From a virus, in the IMG/VR virus record IMGVR_UViG_3300035523_000133, positions 695-64,694 of that record: DNA of 64,000 nt. The stretch is one strand, 5' to 3'. Numbering within the stretch: the first letter of the stretch is position 1; each line of letters starts with the position of its first letter. Both the position numbers and the translations under genes were made by a program. The notes beneath the pieces are model-generated. The model did no database searches. It saw nothing but the letters and a program-made list of their open reading frames with translations, and was not told the origin of the DNA. This document shows positions 27,670 through 37,103 of this stretch, one piece after another.

Positions 27670-28918
27670 TCGCCTCCTTTCCCTTTGTCGTTACCGGCAC
27701 CGCTTGCGGCAATTGACCGGCCGGAACCATGTTGAGCGGCTCCAGATAGTCATCGCCGCCAGGAATCGGGTTGCCGCCTTCGCGCTCCAGAATGTCGTTC
27801 GCAGACAGCCAGCCCCAATTACGACCAATTGCATAGGCTTCGTACCTGCTCTTGATGTCGCCGCGCAGCCGTCCGTCGACGAAATGCTCGACGAAGTATT
27901 CCTTGCGTTCGGTCGGGGTCAGCAGGCGCATGTCGATGCCTTTTTCCCACCTGACCAACCACGGCGTCAGGGTGTCCTGGACGTACTCCAGCGACTGATG
28001 CTCGATGTTGGAAAAAGTGGCTGAGGCCATTTCGTTGATCTTGTGGAGCGGCATACGATACATCCGGGCGACTTCCACCACTTGGAATTTGCGCGTTTCA
28101 AGAAACTGAGCATCCTCGGGCGGGATGCCCACCTCATGGATGGTGACGCCCTCTTCAAGCACCGCCACCCGATGCGAGGCGTCAAGTCCGAGGTGCCGCT
28201 TTTCGAACGACTCCCGCAGGTTCTGCTGCCCCGTGTCGCCGAGGTGTCCGGGGTGAGTTAGCACAATGCCGGGCCGAGCATCGTTGCCGAAAAACCGAGC
28301 GCCGAACGCCTCGGTCGCCAGTGCCAGGCCTACCGCCTCTCGATGCAGCCGGATTGGCGAATAGCCCATGATGCCATCGGCGCCGAATCCCCGGAGGTGA
28401 AGCACAAGGTCGGGATCGAGGTCTTTCGTTTTGTTTTCGTTGCCGCCCGAGTCCGGTGGAAGGGTGTAGCGATAGACCAACCGCCGCGTCGCCGAGTCGC
28501 GGAACACGTGCATTTTGTCGGGGCGCAGCGGCCACAGTTCCCGAACCCGACCGCCGTTGTCCCTGACGATTTCGGCGTAGGCGTTTCCCCACAGGCCCAG
28601 ATGCCCCTGCAGGGTCTGGCGAAGCTGCATGGCATCCATTTCGGGATTTGCCACGTTATGCAGCACGTCGTAAAGGGGATGGTCGCGGGCGGCCGCCTTC
28701 CCGCGTGGAGTAAGATGCCGAAATACGTTCAGGGGCAGGGAAGCGATATCCTCGGCCAGAATCCGCACGCAGCCGTAGACGGCCGTCGATGCGAGTGCGC
28801 TGTCCGGGCTGACGCGCAGGCCGGTGTTGGTTGGTTGTGCGCTCAGGCCCATTGATATCAGGCGGTCCATGTCGGCGACCGTCATGCGTTTCTCCAGGGT
28901 CCTGCCGATTAGTCCCAC
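27656..28918 (-). CDS. Portal protein, HK97 family
   Basis: AVYGCVRILAEDIASLPL, HLRGFGADGIMGYSPI, DAQFLETRK, LTPW..RWE, NDILE.EGGNPIPGGD. Confidence 0.95.
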   Translation of the reverse strand: MGLIGRTLEKRMTVADMDRLISMGLSAQPTNTGLRVSPDSALASTAVYGCVRILAEDIASLPLNVFRHLTPRGKAAARDHPLYDVLHNVANPEMDAMQLRQTLQGHLGLWGNAYAEIVRDNGGRVRELWPLRPDKMHVFRDSATRRLVYRYTLPPDSGGNENKTKDLDPDLVLHLRGFGADGIMGYSPIRLHREAVGLALATEAFGARFFGNDARPGIVLTHPGHLGDTGQQNLRESFEKRHLGLDASHRVAVLEEGVTIHEVGIPPEDAQFLETRKFQVVEVARMYRMPLHKINEMASATFSNIEHQSLEYVQDTLTPWLVRWEKGIDMRLLTPTERKEYFVEHFVDGRLRGDIKSRYEAYAIGRNWGWLSANDILEREGGNPIPGGDDYLEPLNMVPAGQLPQAVPVTTKGKEANGNA

Positions 28919-28921
28919 GCG

Positions 28922-29203
28922 TTAGTCACCTCTTTCCCGCCCTCCAGGCTTGGAACCAACAGCGCCACTCATCCAGATGCCTAAAGGGATCACGATCAGG
29001 CTGGGACCAATCCAGCCGGCCGGCGGATAGACCAGCCAGAGGCCGCGGGACAGGAGCGCCAAACCAGTCATCCAAAGCAGATCCCAAAACCCTTCGGTGA
29101 TGAAACTGGCAATGCGGCGCCCGGCCCCAACCGCAAGCCTCCCGGTCGCCTTAACGGCACGCAAAAAAAGCGCACCGATGGTGCGCCAGGGTATCCTTTT
29201 CAC
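28922..29203 (-). CDS. Small membrane protein before portal
   Basis: GLWLVYPPAGWI..., common at this position in HK97-like phages. Confidence 0.7.
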   Translation of the reverse strand: MKRIPWRTIGALFLRAVKATGRLAVGAGRRIASFITEGFWDLLWMTGLALLSRGLWLVYPPAGWIGPSLIVIPLGIWMSGAVGSKPGGRERGD

Positions 29204-29214
29204 TTGGTGGCCCC

Positions 29215-30933
29215 CTATATGGAAATTACCCCTCTGGTCTCGTAGATTGAGCGCGTCGGCGGCGCCTTCAGCATCGCTCGAACATGGGCGTTCATCAATG
29301 CGGCAACCGGGTCAATTCGCTCCACGGATTTGGCTTTGTCCAGCATCATGTTTCGGTTGTGGTCTTCCCGAGTGAGCGCATTGCTCATGGCCCAGGTCAG
29401 GACTTCGTTCCCGTCATGACAGATCATGCGTGATAGCACGAGCGCCCGAAAGTCCTTGGTTGGCTCACTGAGCGTTTTCATGCCCTGCACAATCTCAACC
29501 ACTTTGTAGCCCTTGTCTGTCATCTCGTTAGCGAAGTTGGTTGCGCTCCACTGGTCAAAGCACAGCTCCTTGACAATCCACCCGTTGGCTGCGACCTGGT
29601 CCTGGATATATTGCATGACCAGACGCTGGTCGACCTGGGCGCCTTCTGTTTCCGTGATCCATCCGTCTTTGATCCATTTGTCGTATGGGACTTTGTCTGA
29701 CTTGCGATGGGCCGCGACCGTCTCCGCCGGCATAAAGGAATGCGAAAGGACGGCGAATTTGCCGTCCCCAAGGTCGAACTCAAACGCGACGCTGGTCAGG
29801 TCAATCCTGGCCGACAGGTCAACACCGGCATGGCATTCTCGGCCTTTGAGGTCCGGCATGATGTCGACCTTGCACGCCTTCCATTTCAGCATCGGCATGT
29901 AACCATCTTCGCGCTGGTCGACCCAAACATTCATGCTCTTGGTCATGAAGTCCCGCATCTTGCGGGGGTCGTCCAGTGCCTCATCGAGTTCGGTTTGTAG
30001 GAACTCCATGCTGAACGAGTCATCTGCCAGCAACGGGTTAGCCTTGGCCCAGTTCGCCGAATCCTTGATATCGTCGTCTTTGTCCAGTTGGGCGATATAG
30101 GCGAAGTACCGCTCATTCGGCGGTAGGGTGCCGTCCAGGGTCTTACAAAGATAGCTGTACTCTTTGTAACAGGGGCAGTTGAGACTATGGCCAGCAGTTG
30201 TGATGATCATGAGGAGGGGCTGCCGCCGCTTGGCCATGCCCTTAACGAGCAGATTGTACATCTCGTCTGTGCGGTGGGCGTGATACTCGTCGATGATGCC
30301 GAAATGGGGGTTGAAACCATCGAGGCTCTTGGTGTCCTTGGACAGAGGAACAAACTTGCTGTTTGACTTCAGGTGGTAGATCTTGTCCCGGCCCGGCTCC
30401 AGGCGTTTGAGCAGGTCCGGCGACGATTGCACCATGACCTTTGCGGAGTCATAGACAATCCGGGCTTGGTCCTTCTTGGTGGCTGTCGCATAGACTTGTG
30501 AGCCGGGCTCGCCCTTATGCCCAGAGGTCTTCCAATCCGGTGGCCGATCCGCCATCAGCATGTAAAGACCGATTCCGCTCAAGCTGGTGCTTTTGCCGTT
30601 CTTGCGCCCGAGTTGGATGTATGCTTTGCGAAAGCGTCGATAACCGGTGTCCTTATGGACCCAGCCGAACACGCTACCGAAGATGAATTTCTGAAACGGC
30701 GCCAGGATGATGGGTTCTCCGGCTAGTTCGCCTTCGACATGCCGGCAGAACCCGAAGAAATCGAAAACCCTCTCCGCCCGCTCGATATCGAACACATAGG
30801 GAAACCCATCTGTGCCTTGTCGGTCTATGTCACGCAGATGCCGCTCACATGCCAGCCGGACCCAATTCCCGGCGATGATCCGGCCCTCTGCCACGTCCAG
30901 GGCATACTGGGTCGTTGCATCGAGGTCGGGCAT
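29215..30933 (-). CDS. terL: Terminase large subunit
   Basis: RKNGKST Walker A, IIDEYH Walker B, ITTAG, GVDLS, FDQW, RIDPVAA. Confidence 0.97.
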   Translation of the reverse strand: MPDLDATTQYALDVAEGRIIAGNWVRLACERHLRDIDRQGTDGFPYVFDIERAERVFDFFGFCRHVEGELAGEPIILAPFQKFIFGSVFGWVHKDTGYRRFRKAYIQLGRKNGKSTSLSGIGLYMLMADRPPDWKTSGHKGEPGSQVYATATKKDQARIVYDSAKVMVQSSPDLLKRLEPGRDKIYHLKSNSKFVPLSKDTKSLDGFNPHFGIIDEYHAHRTDEMYNLLVKGMAKRRQPLLMIITTAGHSLNCPCYKEYSYLCKTLDGTLPPNERYFAYIAQLDKDDDIKDSANWAKANPLLADDSFSMEFLQTELDEALDDPRKMRDFMTKSMNVWVDQREDGYMPMLKWKACKVDIMPDLKGRECHAGVDLSARIDLTSVAFEFDLGDGKFAVLSHSFMPAETVAAHRKSDKVPYDKWIKDGWITETEGAQVDQRLVMQYIQDQVAANGWIVKELCFDQWSATNFANEMTDKGYKVVEIVQGMKTLSEPTKDFRALVLSRMICHDGNEVLTWAMSNALTREDHNRNMMLDKAKSVERIDPVAALMNAHVRAMLKAPPTRSIYETRGVISI

Positions 30934-31397
30934 TACCCGAACCGTTCCTCGAACGGGTCTTTGGGCTCCTCATTGCTTTGCGCGACAGCGATTTTGGCCA
31001 GAGCCGCCGGGTTAAAGCCAAAGTCCGTCGCATATTGCCTGATGATCTTTGCAAAGGTGTCTAGGATCTTAGCGTTCGGTGCAGGCCTTTCATCCTCATT
31101 CTCACCCGCCCAGTCCTTACCGGCCTCGGTTTCGTGCCGATACCGGCTGACGGCGTCCGCATATATGGCCAACGGTACCATATAGACGTTTGCGAGCAGA
31201 CCGCGCTGCCGCAAATCGGCCGCCACTCGGCGGAATTCGCTCCGACCATATGCGTCCAACCAGGCAGGGCAATGAACGTCGTTGGAGGCCGGCTTGATCC
31301 GTTCTTCGGCCGCGGCACGTTGCCGAATTTCCTTTTTGGTTAAGTGCTTCTTGCCATCATTCTTAAGCACTTCTAGCGGGCGTGCTCTCCTCCCCAT
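30933..31397 (-). CDS. terS: Terminase small subunit, P27 family
   Basis: GKKHLTKKEI..R...E, CPAWLD...EF.RV, FGFNPAALAKI, DPFEERFG. Confidence 0.9.
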   Translation of the reverse strand: MGRRARPLEVLKNDGKKHLTKKEIRQRAAAEERIKPASNDVHCPAWLDAYGRSEFRRVAADLRQRGLLANVYMVPLAIYADAVSRYRHETEAGKDWAGENEDERPAPNAKILDTFAKIIRQYATDFGFNPAALAKIAVAQSNEEPKDPFEERFG

Positions 31398-31434
31398 CGT
31401 GTCACCCCCTGCTATCTTGACTGATTATCATAAA

Positions 31435-31520
31435 GGGACCTTTGCGCGCGTTTGACCTACCAACGGTCTGGGAGTTGGTGTTCGCTGGAAATTCGACCCC
31501 CCTACCCCCCAGGGGTACCA
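31435..31520. other. Probable cos (cohesive-end) packaging region
   Basis: Non-coding; - strand GGGGGGTAGGGGGGTCGAATTT...GACCGTTGG...AAACGCGCGCAAA just upstream of terS, a typical layout for 3'-cos HK97-like phages. Confidence 0.6.
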
Positions 31521-31573
31521 GTCTGATTTCCAAGTTTTGACTTACAGCTTCCGCATCTTCCTGCCGTTTCCAT

Positions 31574-32125
31574 TTAGGGTACTGCGGGCCGTACCCCCGT
31601 CACCGCAGCGGATTCCTGAGCCTCTGCCCTTGGCCCGTCCGGCGTTGCCGCGGAAGCGGGTTCATCCTCGGCAGGGGCCATCACAGTTACCGCAGTCTCA
31701 TCCTCGCCCTTCGCCAGGTCAACCCCAATGACGGCGAGCCGTTCCGCTTCGGCATCTATCTGGCGTTCGAATGCTTCAACCTCTTGGTCGAGCTTCGCCT
31801 TGTATTCCGCCACCGCATCGGCCGCCTTGTCCCGCAGTTCCACCCGGCCCCGCTTCTGCTCCACGCAGGTTCCATCCCCACATGAGCACAGGTGAGCGGC
31901 ATGGTCGTTGTTCTCCCTGTGGTCGCAATAGAGCAGCGCCCAGCCGGCTTCGCTGAGTTCAGCCTCGACGCAGCGGTCAGAGACGTTGACCCCATCCAGA
32001 TAGATGGCCTTCGTCGCGTCGTTCCATAGTTCATCGTCGAACCTTTTGCCGATGTGAAACGGCCCGCGCTTATAGAACGGGATGGCGTAACGCTCGGGAT
32101 GACAGGATTGACACTGGTGATCCAT
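31574..32125 (-). CDS. Cys/His-rich hypothetical protein, paralogue A
   Basis: HQCxxCHPER...HLCSCG.G.C...KRGRVEL. Confidence 0.75.
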   Translation of the reverse strand: MDHQCQSCHPERYAIPFYKRGPFHIGKRFDDELWNDATKAIYLDGVNVSDRCVEAELSEAGWALLYCDHRENNDHAAHLCSCGDGTCVEQKRGRVELRDKAADAVAEYKAKLDQEVEAFERQIDAEAERLAVIGVDLAKGEDETAVTVMAPAEDEPASAATPDGPRAEAQESAAVTGVRPAVP

Positions 32126-32310
32126 TAGTTGCTCACCGCCCCCGCCACCTGAACCATCATGGTGATTGACTCGGCGTTGTGCCGAATCTGCTCCGACAGT
32201 TCCGTCGCGTTGCTCTGCGATGCAGCAAACACCGCCGACAGCATTGCGTTGATCTCCGCTAGGGTCTTAACCTGCTCCATCACGATTTCCCGGTTCGTCA
32301 TCCTCTTCAC
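32125..32310 (-). CDS. Hypothetical protein
   Basis: 61 aa, SD, coupled. Confidence 0.55.
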   Translation of the reverse strand: MKRMTNREIVMEQVKTLAEINAMLSAVFAASQSNATELSEQIRHNAESITMMVQVAGAVSN

Positions 32311-32320
32311 GCTCCTGTCC

Positions 32321-32584
32321 TTATCGATATTCGATGATTCCCTTCAGGCTTAACCCGCCGTCCTCTGCCCTGGCGTACTTGGGCATGATGTGCTGACGCT
32401 CGCCGTATTCCTGGGTGTTCACCCGAATGCAGAGTTCGGCGTCCCCGTTCTCCGGCCTTACCTCAGTGATGGGCCAACGCAGTTTCATGGCCTTCTGCAG
32501 TCCAACCAGGTCCAGGGCTTCCGTCTCGATCTTGGCGCCAAGGATCTCCTCTACCAGAACGCGTTCGATGTGGATTTCAGCCAT
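32321..32584 (-). CDS. Hypothetical protein
   Basis: Start MAEIH after SD. Confidence 0.55.
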   Translation of the reverse strand: MAEIHIERVLVEEILGAKIETEALDLVGLQKAMKLRWPITEVRPENGDAELCIRVNTQEYGERQHIMPKYARAEDGGLSLKGIIEYR

Positions 32585-32589
32585 GGCCC

Positions 32590-33270
32590 TTAGCCTCCAA
32601 TTTGGATCGAACCGTTCATGCCGGTAGTCGCCTCCATGCAGGTGCCATGGGCGATAGCGAACCATTCGCTGTTGCCGATTCGCACCTCGGCGTGCAGGTG
32701 CCGGAGCAGAGCGTTGCCAATGCGCGCCGCCGTCTTAGCCTTGAGGGCGGTCAGGCGCATGAAAAAGGCCAGCACCTTCATGCCAGCCAGGACGGGCTTT
32801 TCATTTCTCAGCCTTGCCTCCACCTTGACCGTCAGCGCATTCATCGCCGCGTCCGCTTCCTTTCCTTGTTCGTCTCGACGCCCGTTTCCGGGTCCGTCTG
32901 TACCGCAATCTCCACGCTCTGCCCCGGGATAAGCCAGGTCTACGCCGATGAATGCGGGCTCGTAGGGGATGGGGACGCGTTGTCCGTTGGTCACCAACTC
33001 CACCCGTCCCCGCTTAAGTTCTTGGCAGACACCCTGACCGCAGGAGCAAACGTGAGGGCGCTGGTTAACGTCGCCATGATCGCTCTGGACGACTACCCAA
33101 CCTTCCTCGCCCGCCATGGCTTCGGTGACGCGCCGCATTTGCACGCCGTTCAGAGCGACGTTGAAGCCGATGTTCCAACTATCAAACCGACCCGCCACGT
33201 GGTTCGGTCCCTGCTTCTCCGCTGGCAGGCCGAAGCGTTCGGGGTGACACGCCGGGCATTGATGGCTCAT
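32590..33270 (-). CDS. Cys/His-rich hypothetical protein, paralogue B
   Basis: Same N-terminal domain as 31574-32125; possible internal start MNALT. Confidence 0.7.
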   Translation of the reverse strand: MSHQCPACHPERFGLPAEKQGPNHVAGRFDSWNIGFNVALNGVQMRRVTEAMAGEEGWVVVQSDHGDVNQRPHVCSCGQGVCQELKRGRVELVTNGQRVPIPYEPAFIGVDLAYPGAERGDCGTDGPGNGRRDEQGKEADAAMNALTVKVEARLRNEKPVLAGMKVLAFFMRLTALKAKTAARIGNALLRHLHAEVRIGNSEWFAIAHGTCMEATTGMNGSIQIGG

Positions 33271-33286
33271 GATTCTCGCTCCCTCG

Positions 33287-33667
33287 TTACATCCACCAAC
33301 CGTTACAGGCCAAACGGCCCGTCCTTATGGCTAAGTGCACTTTGTCCGGGTACTCGCCCGGTTGCGTCCAGACACCGTTAAGTCGCAGGCCGTCCAGGGT
33401 TGTGCAAGTCCCGGCCATCACGCGAATTGTGGCCCCTGGCAGCGCGATGCTCCATTCCTGCTTTGTGGTCCCGCAGAGCACGCCGCCAGCGGCCTCCTTC
33501 ACCGCTTCACGCAACTCCGCCCAGACCGCTTCCCGTTGTGGCGTTCGCGGCACCATCACCAGGTACTGCCGGTGCTCCGTCACTTGCTGCAGTTGAGTGC
33601 GGTTCTTCAAGTCCGTGAGCACGCGCCCGACGAACTCGACAGTCTGCGCGCTTATCGTTAACCCCAT
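33287..33667 (-). CDS. Hypothetical protein
   Basis: 126 aa, SD. Confidence 0.6.
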   Translation of the reverse strand: MGLTISAQTVEFVGRVLTDLKNRTQLQQVTEHRQYLVMVPRTPQREAVWAELREAVKEAAGGVLCGTTKQEWSIALPGATIRVMAGTCTTLDGLRLNGVWTQPGEYPDKVHLAIRTGRLACNGWWM

Positions 33668-33680
33668 GGGCCTTTCCTCC

Positions 33681-33812
33681 TTATCGACAGGCCCAGGTCC
33701 ATCCGCGCCAGCACCAGTAGGGACCCCAAACCCAAAGGTTTGACCAAATCGCCAGTCCCGCTAACAAGAGCCAGATAAGAATCATGCCGGTCGCCTTGAA
33801 TATCACCTTCAT
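33681..33812 (-). CDS. Small membrane protein (43 aa)
   Basis: GAGGAGG SD, one TM, Trp-rich. Confidence 0.5.
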   Translation of the reverse strand: MKVIFKATGMILIWLLLAGLAIWSNLWVWGPYWCWRGWTWACR

Positions 33813-33825
33813 AGCGTCTTCCTCC

Positions 33826-34191
33826 TCAGCTTTTCGTCTCTCGTCCGAAACCACCGTCTTCCCGAGCGGTTTTCGAATCGTGGCACGGCTTACAAGTTCC
33901 TTGGTGATCGGTCGGGTCCCAGAACAATTCATAGTCGCCCTTGTGGGGTTTGATATGGTCCACTACCGTACTCGCGGTGACTGTCCCGCTCTGAAGGCAG
34001 ATGCGGCACAGGGCGTTCTCTGGTTGCGCCAGGAACCACTTCCTGTACCGCTGCCACCTGGCATCATAGCCCCGTTCCGCCGCCGATCCCCTGTCTCTCT
34101 CTCGCTTCTTGGCATGTTCAGGGCAGGGTCCGCCTTGAGTCAGGTTCGGGCATCCGGGAGTCGTGCAGGGCCGTTGTGGTTTCATGGGCAA
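33826..34191 (-). CDS. Terminase-associated HNH endonuclease (HK97 gp74-like)
   Basis: MP.KP.RPC..PGC, RGSA.ERGYD.RW, CRIC, VVDHIKPHKGD..LFWD, CKPCHDSKT. Confidence 0.92.
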   Translation of the reverse strand: MPMKPQRPCTTPGCPNLTQGGPCPEHAKKRERDRGSAAERGYDARWQRYRKWFLAQPENALCRICLQSGTVTASTVVDHIKPHKGDYELFWDPTDHQGTCKPCHDSKTAREDGGFGRETKS

Positions 34192-34299
34192 TGCTCTCGT
34201 CTCCTCCAGAAACGCAAAAAAGGAGGCCGCCATAGACAGAGATGTCCCCCTGCAAAAGGGGAACGGTCTCATGTCCATGACGGCCTCCGAGTTTTTCGG

Positions 34300-34587
34300 T
34301 CAGCCTTTCCGCTTATGCTCCTTCGCCCATTTGAGTTCCTGAACAGCTATGCCGAAAACGAAGCGCGCTCCGACTTCGCCGGCCGCTATCGTTCCCTGGC
34401 TCAGATACACAAGCACGGTCAATGCCTCTCCAGGCAATGGAAAACACACTTTTACGGCTGGGTGAGGCGGAAGTTCCTCCCCGGTTCCCGGATCATCCCG
34501 AACCGCTTCACCCATAACAGCGGTTGCCCCCGCCTCGGCGGCGAGTCTGTTCAGACATGCTGCGAATTCGTCAGGGATTTGACTCAC
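34300..34587 (-). CDS. Hypothetical protein
   Basis: GTG start after AGGAGGAGG. Confidence 0.55.
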   Translation of the reverse strand: MSQIPDEFAACLNRLAAEAGATAVMGEAVRDDPGTGEELPPHPAVKVCFPLPGEALTVLVYLSQGTIAAGEVGARFVFGIAVQELKWAKEHKRKG

Positions 34588-34615
34588 GGTTGGGCACCTC
34601 CTCCTGTTGTTCAGG

Positions 34616-35119
34616 TCAGCCTTCGTGCGTGAGCTTCGCAATCTGGTCCTTGCAGCGAAGAGTGCCGCGTGGCGTTTCGGCACCAGGGATGCCGTATAGG
34701 ATTGGCCAGAGATTCAGGTCTTCGCTCGGCTCGGTGTATCCAGCTACTACGTCGCCATCCCTCATTTCCGCATACGACCTACCATAGACCAGTTCGAACG
34801 CCCGCAGTTTGAACTGGCTGCGGTCCCGCTCTGTGACCGGCGCCGTGTTGCGGAATTTCTCAAGCGCAGCTTCGAATTCGGCATCCGCCTCGGCGCGCGT
34901 TTTGCACGCCCTGGTGCCAAGGGGGACGTAGTATTCGTCAAAACTTCCGACATAGGCGACTTCGACCGCGAACTTATTCTCCCCCGCAATTGCGGGTGCA
35001 ACGAGAGCCCGAACCGTCACGCGGTATCCGCCAACATCCTTGCTGAGAAAGTGGCCGTCTCGTGCATAAGTTTGACGACCAAGCATGCTTGTGTTGGCGC
35101 CGGGAGCCTTTTCGCACAA
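34616..35119 (-). CDS. Hypothetical protein
   Basis: 167 aa, SD. Confidence 0.6.
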   Translation of the reverse strand: MCEKAPGANTSMLGRQTYARDGHFLSKDVGGYRVTVRALVAPAIAGENKFAVEVAYVGSFDEYYVPLGTRACKTRAEADAEFEAALEKFRNTAPVTERDRSQFKLRAFELVYGRSYAEMRDGDVVAGYTEPSEDLNLWPILYGIPGAETPRGTLRCKDQIAKLTHEG

Positions 35120-35138
35120 GATCTTTCCCTCCTCCGTC

Positions 35139-35975
35139 TTATACGGTTGGCTTATTGCCCTCGTGGGCCAAGGCTCTTGCCATAGCGTTTATGAGGGCGT
35201 GGATAGGCGACGCAATCCCGGTGCTCCTGCTGTCGTCTGGTTGCAGGTTTCCAGCCGCATCCTCCTTCAATGCAAGGCGCCCAAGCCCGAATGCTTGCGG
35301 CACTTCGCTGACGATGCGCCGCGCCTGCATCAGTTCAACGACCAACCGAGTCGGGTGTGTCAGGCTATGAAAGCCTTGCCTAACCTCTGCGGCGGCCAGT
35401 CCGGCGTGGGTCAATCGGCCCGCAACGGCGGCCATATCCCAAGGGTCGAACCCCACTTCGGGGAAGTTGTATGTGTCGGCGGCATCCATGACGGTGGTGG
35501 CCACCGTGTTGGCGTTGACCGCTTCTCCGTGTGCCGCTGTCCAAGTCCAGTCCAGTGTCCGCCATTGACCTTCCGAGTCATCGGGGGGGAACAGCAGCAC
35601 GAATGCCGCTTCTCTTCCGTGTCCAGCCGCGCTGAGACCGCCAAAGCAGCGGCGGCCCCGCATATCGGTCGGATGTCGGGTGGTCGGCGGGTAGTCCAGC
35701 CACAGGGTCGGTGCCAAGTCAGAACCAAGTCCAGGTTTGTGCTTCGTCAGAATCTCCACCAGGACCGGCTTGCCGTCCTGTATCTTGACCGTCACATCGC
35801 AGAAGGGCGTCAGGTGGGATTCTTTCTCCTCAAGGACCGCCTGAATTCGCCTGGTGATCGCAGCGAATTCCTCATTGCGCACGGACGCTGTCCCGGACTC
35901 CTGCGGAATTCGGGGCGGCGGTTCGTGCCGGTAAGGCGGCAACGGTTTCGGATCACTCTTCGGCTGATACGGCAT
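35139..35975 (-). CDS. DUF2292-like domain fused to degenerate terminase-large-subunit nuclease domain
   Basis: VTVKIQDGKPVLVE; then GRRCFGGL...AFVLLFPP...GFDPW...QGF..L..PT...EDAAGNLQPD...ALINAMARAL collinear with TerL C-terminus. Confidence 0.8.
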   Translation of the reverse strand: MPYQPKSDPKPLPPYRHEPPPRIPQESGTASVRNEEFAAITRRIQAVLEEKESHLTPFCDVTVKIQDGKPVLVEILTKHKPGLGSDLAPTLWLDYPPTTRHPTDMRGRRCFGGLSAAGHGREAAFVLLFPPDDSEGQWRTLDWTWTAAHGEAVNANTVATTVMDAADTYNFPEVGFDPWDMAAVAGRLTHAGLAAAEVRQGFHSLTHPTRLVVELMQARRIVSEVPQAFGLGRLALKEDAAGNLQPDDSRSTGIASPIHALINAMARALAHEGNKPTV

Positions 35976-36026
35976 GGTTCTTCTCCTCCTTCACTCGGGC
36001 TTCCCCGTCGTGTTCCTTGGGTATTA

Positions 36027-36053
36027 CAAAAGCCCCCGCATCGGCGAGGGCTC
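36027..36053 (-). terminator. Intrinsic terminator
   Basis: GAGCCCTCGC-CGAT-GCGGGGGCTT-TTGT. Confidence 0.7.
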
Positions 36054-36070
36054 CTTGTTTTCGGTTTCCT

Positions 36071-36379
36071 TTACTTGACCGCTCGTTCCCTGGCTGCGGC
36101 CTTGAACTCTTCCCAGCCTCCGCAGTGTGCTTCACCGGCGGTGACCAGTTCAATGGTCGCACCAGATGGCTGGGTGGGGGTGATTGACGTCACATAGAAC
36201 CGCATGCCGTGGATTTCGATTTGCCCGTTTTGCTCCATCGCTTGGCGGGCGATCTCCACAAACGGCGCCCTTTCGTCAGCGGTCCGAAGTCGGACGGCAA
36301 AACTGCGCAGGTATTCCGATGATGTGTTGATAATGGACTCGCACATCAACTCCGGCGGCATCGTAACCTTGAGTCCCAT
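36071..36379 (-). CDS. Hypothetical protein
   Basis: Start MGLKV after GGAGGG. Confidence 0.55.
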   Translation of the reverse strand: MGLKVTMPPELMCESIINTSSEYLRSFAVRLRTADERAPFVEIARQAMEQNGQIEIHGMRFYVTSITPTQPSGATIELVTAGEAHCGGWEEFKAAARERAVK

Positions 36380-36416
36380 CTCTATCCCTCCATTCGGGTT
36401 GTTCCCGTTCTTGGCT

Positions 36417-36944
36417 CTATCGGTCAATCAGCTTCAGCAGCCAGTCAAGCACTCTGTTCTCGTGGGCTGCTTTTGTGATTTCGGCTCCTAACTCCATAAC
36501 GGCCTCGCTTAACTCGCAGGCCGTCCCGCGGAAGGTTTCTTTCTCCAATTTGAAGGTATCGCCTCGAAGCGCCCGCTCTTTGAGCGCCTCCAGTTCGGCA
36601 ATGGCGTCGCCGGATGTCACTGCGTCGAGAATCATCCACCGAGGGGCGCCGGCGCTCTGACATTCAAACCGTAGACCATCAACCTTGAGAGCGATCTCGA
36701 ACCCGGCCGCAGCGTCCCTCATTTGCTGCAGGTCGCGGATATAGGCCAGTGCACCGTCGAAATCAAGGGGAGTGGTCTCTGCCATCTCCAGGGCAAGCAT
36801 TAGCTCCTCGTCGGAATATGCAGTCTGCCACACGGCACAGCGTGGCGCCAGATGCGCTCTGACACCAGGCAACCGCTTCGCCTGCCGCTTGCGCCGTTCT
36901 TCGTTCCATTCGACCCCCAGGGCCTTCGCTAAATCGATACTCAT
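36417..36944 (-). CDS. Hypothetical protein
   Basis: Start MSIDL after SD (ORF extends to 36998). Confidence 0.6.
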   Translation of the reverse strand: MSIDLAKALGVEWNEERRKRQAKRLPGVRAHLAPRCAVWQTAYSDEELMLALEMAETTPLDFDGALAYIRDLQQMRDAAAGFEIALKVDGLRFECQSAGAPRWMILDAVTSGDAIAELEALKERALRGDTFKLEKETFRGTACELSEAVMELGAEITKAAHENRVLDWLLKLIDR

Positions 36945-37103
36945 TCTCTCGCTCCCTTTCGCTTGGGTTTTCCCATCGCCATCGCACTTCTTATGCATTC
37001 AGCCCAATATTGCGCATCGTTCGTTCCGCGCGGTTTCAAAAATCCGTGAACCTTCCGCAGGAATCCAACGTTCTTTCGAGTATGTCTGCAATAATCTCTA
37101 CGA

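Noticed and set aside
31690-32950. IGVDLA motif in the two paralogues as a RuvC/RNase H active site
   Set aside because: Isolated strand in low-complexity tails, with no other acidic catalytic motifs
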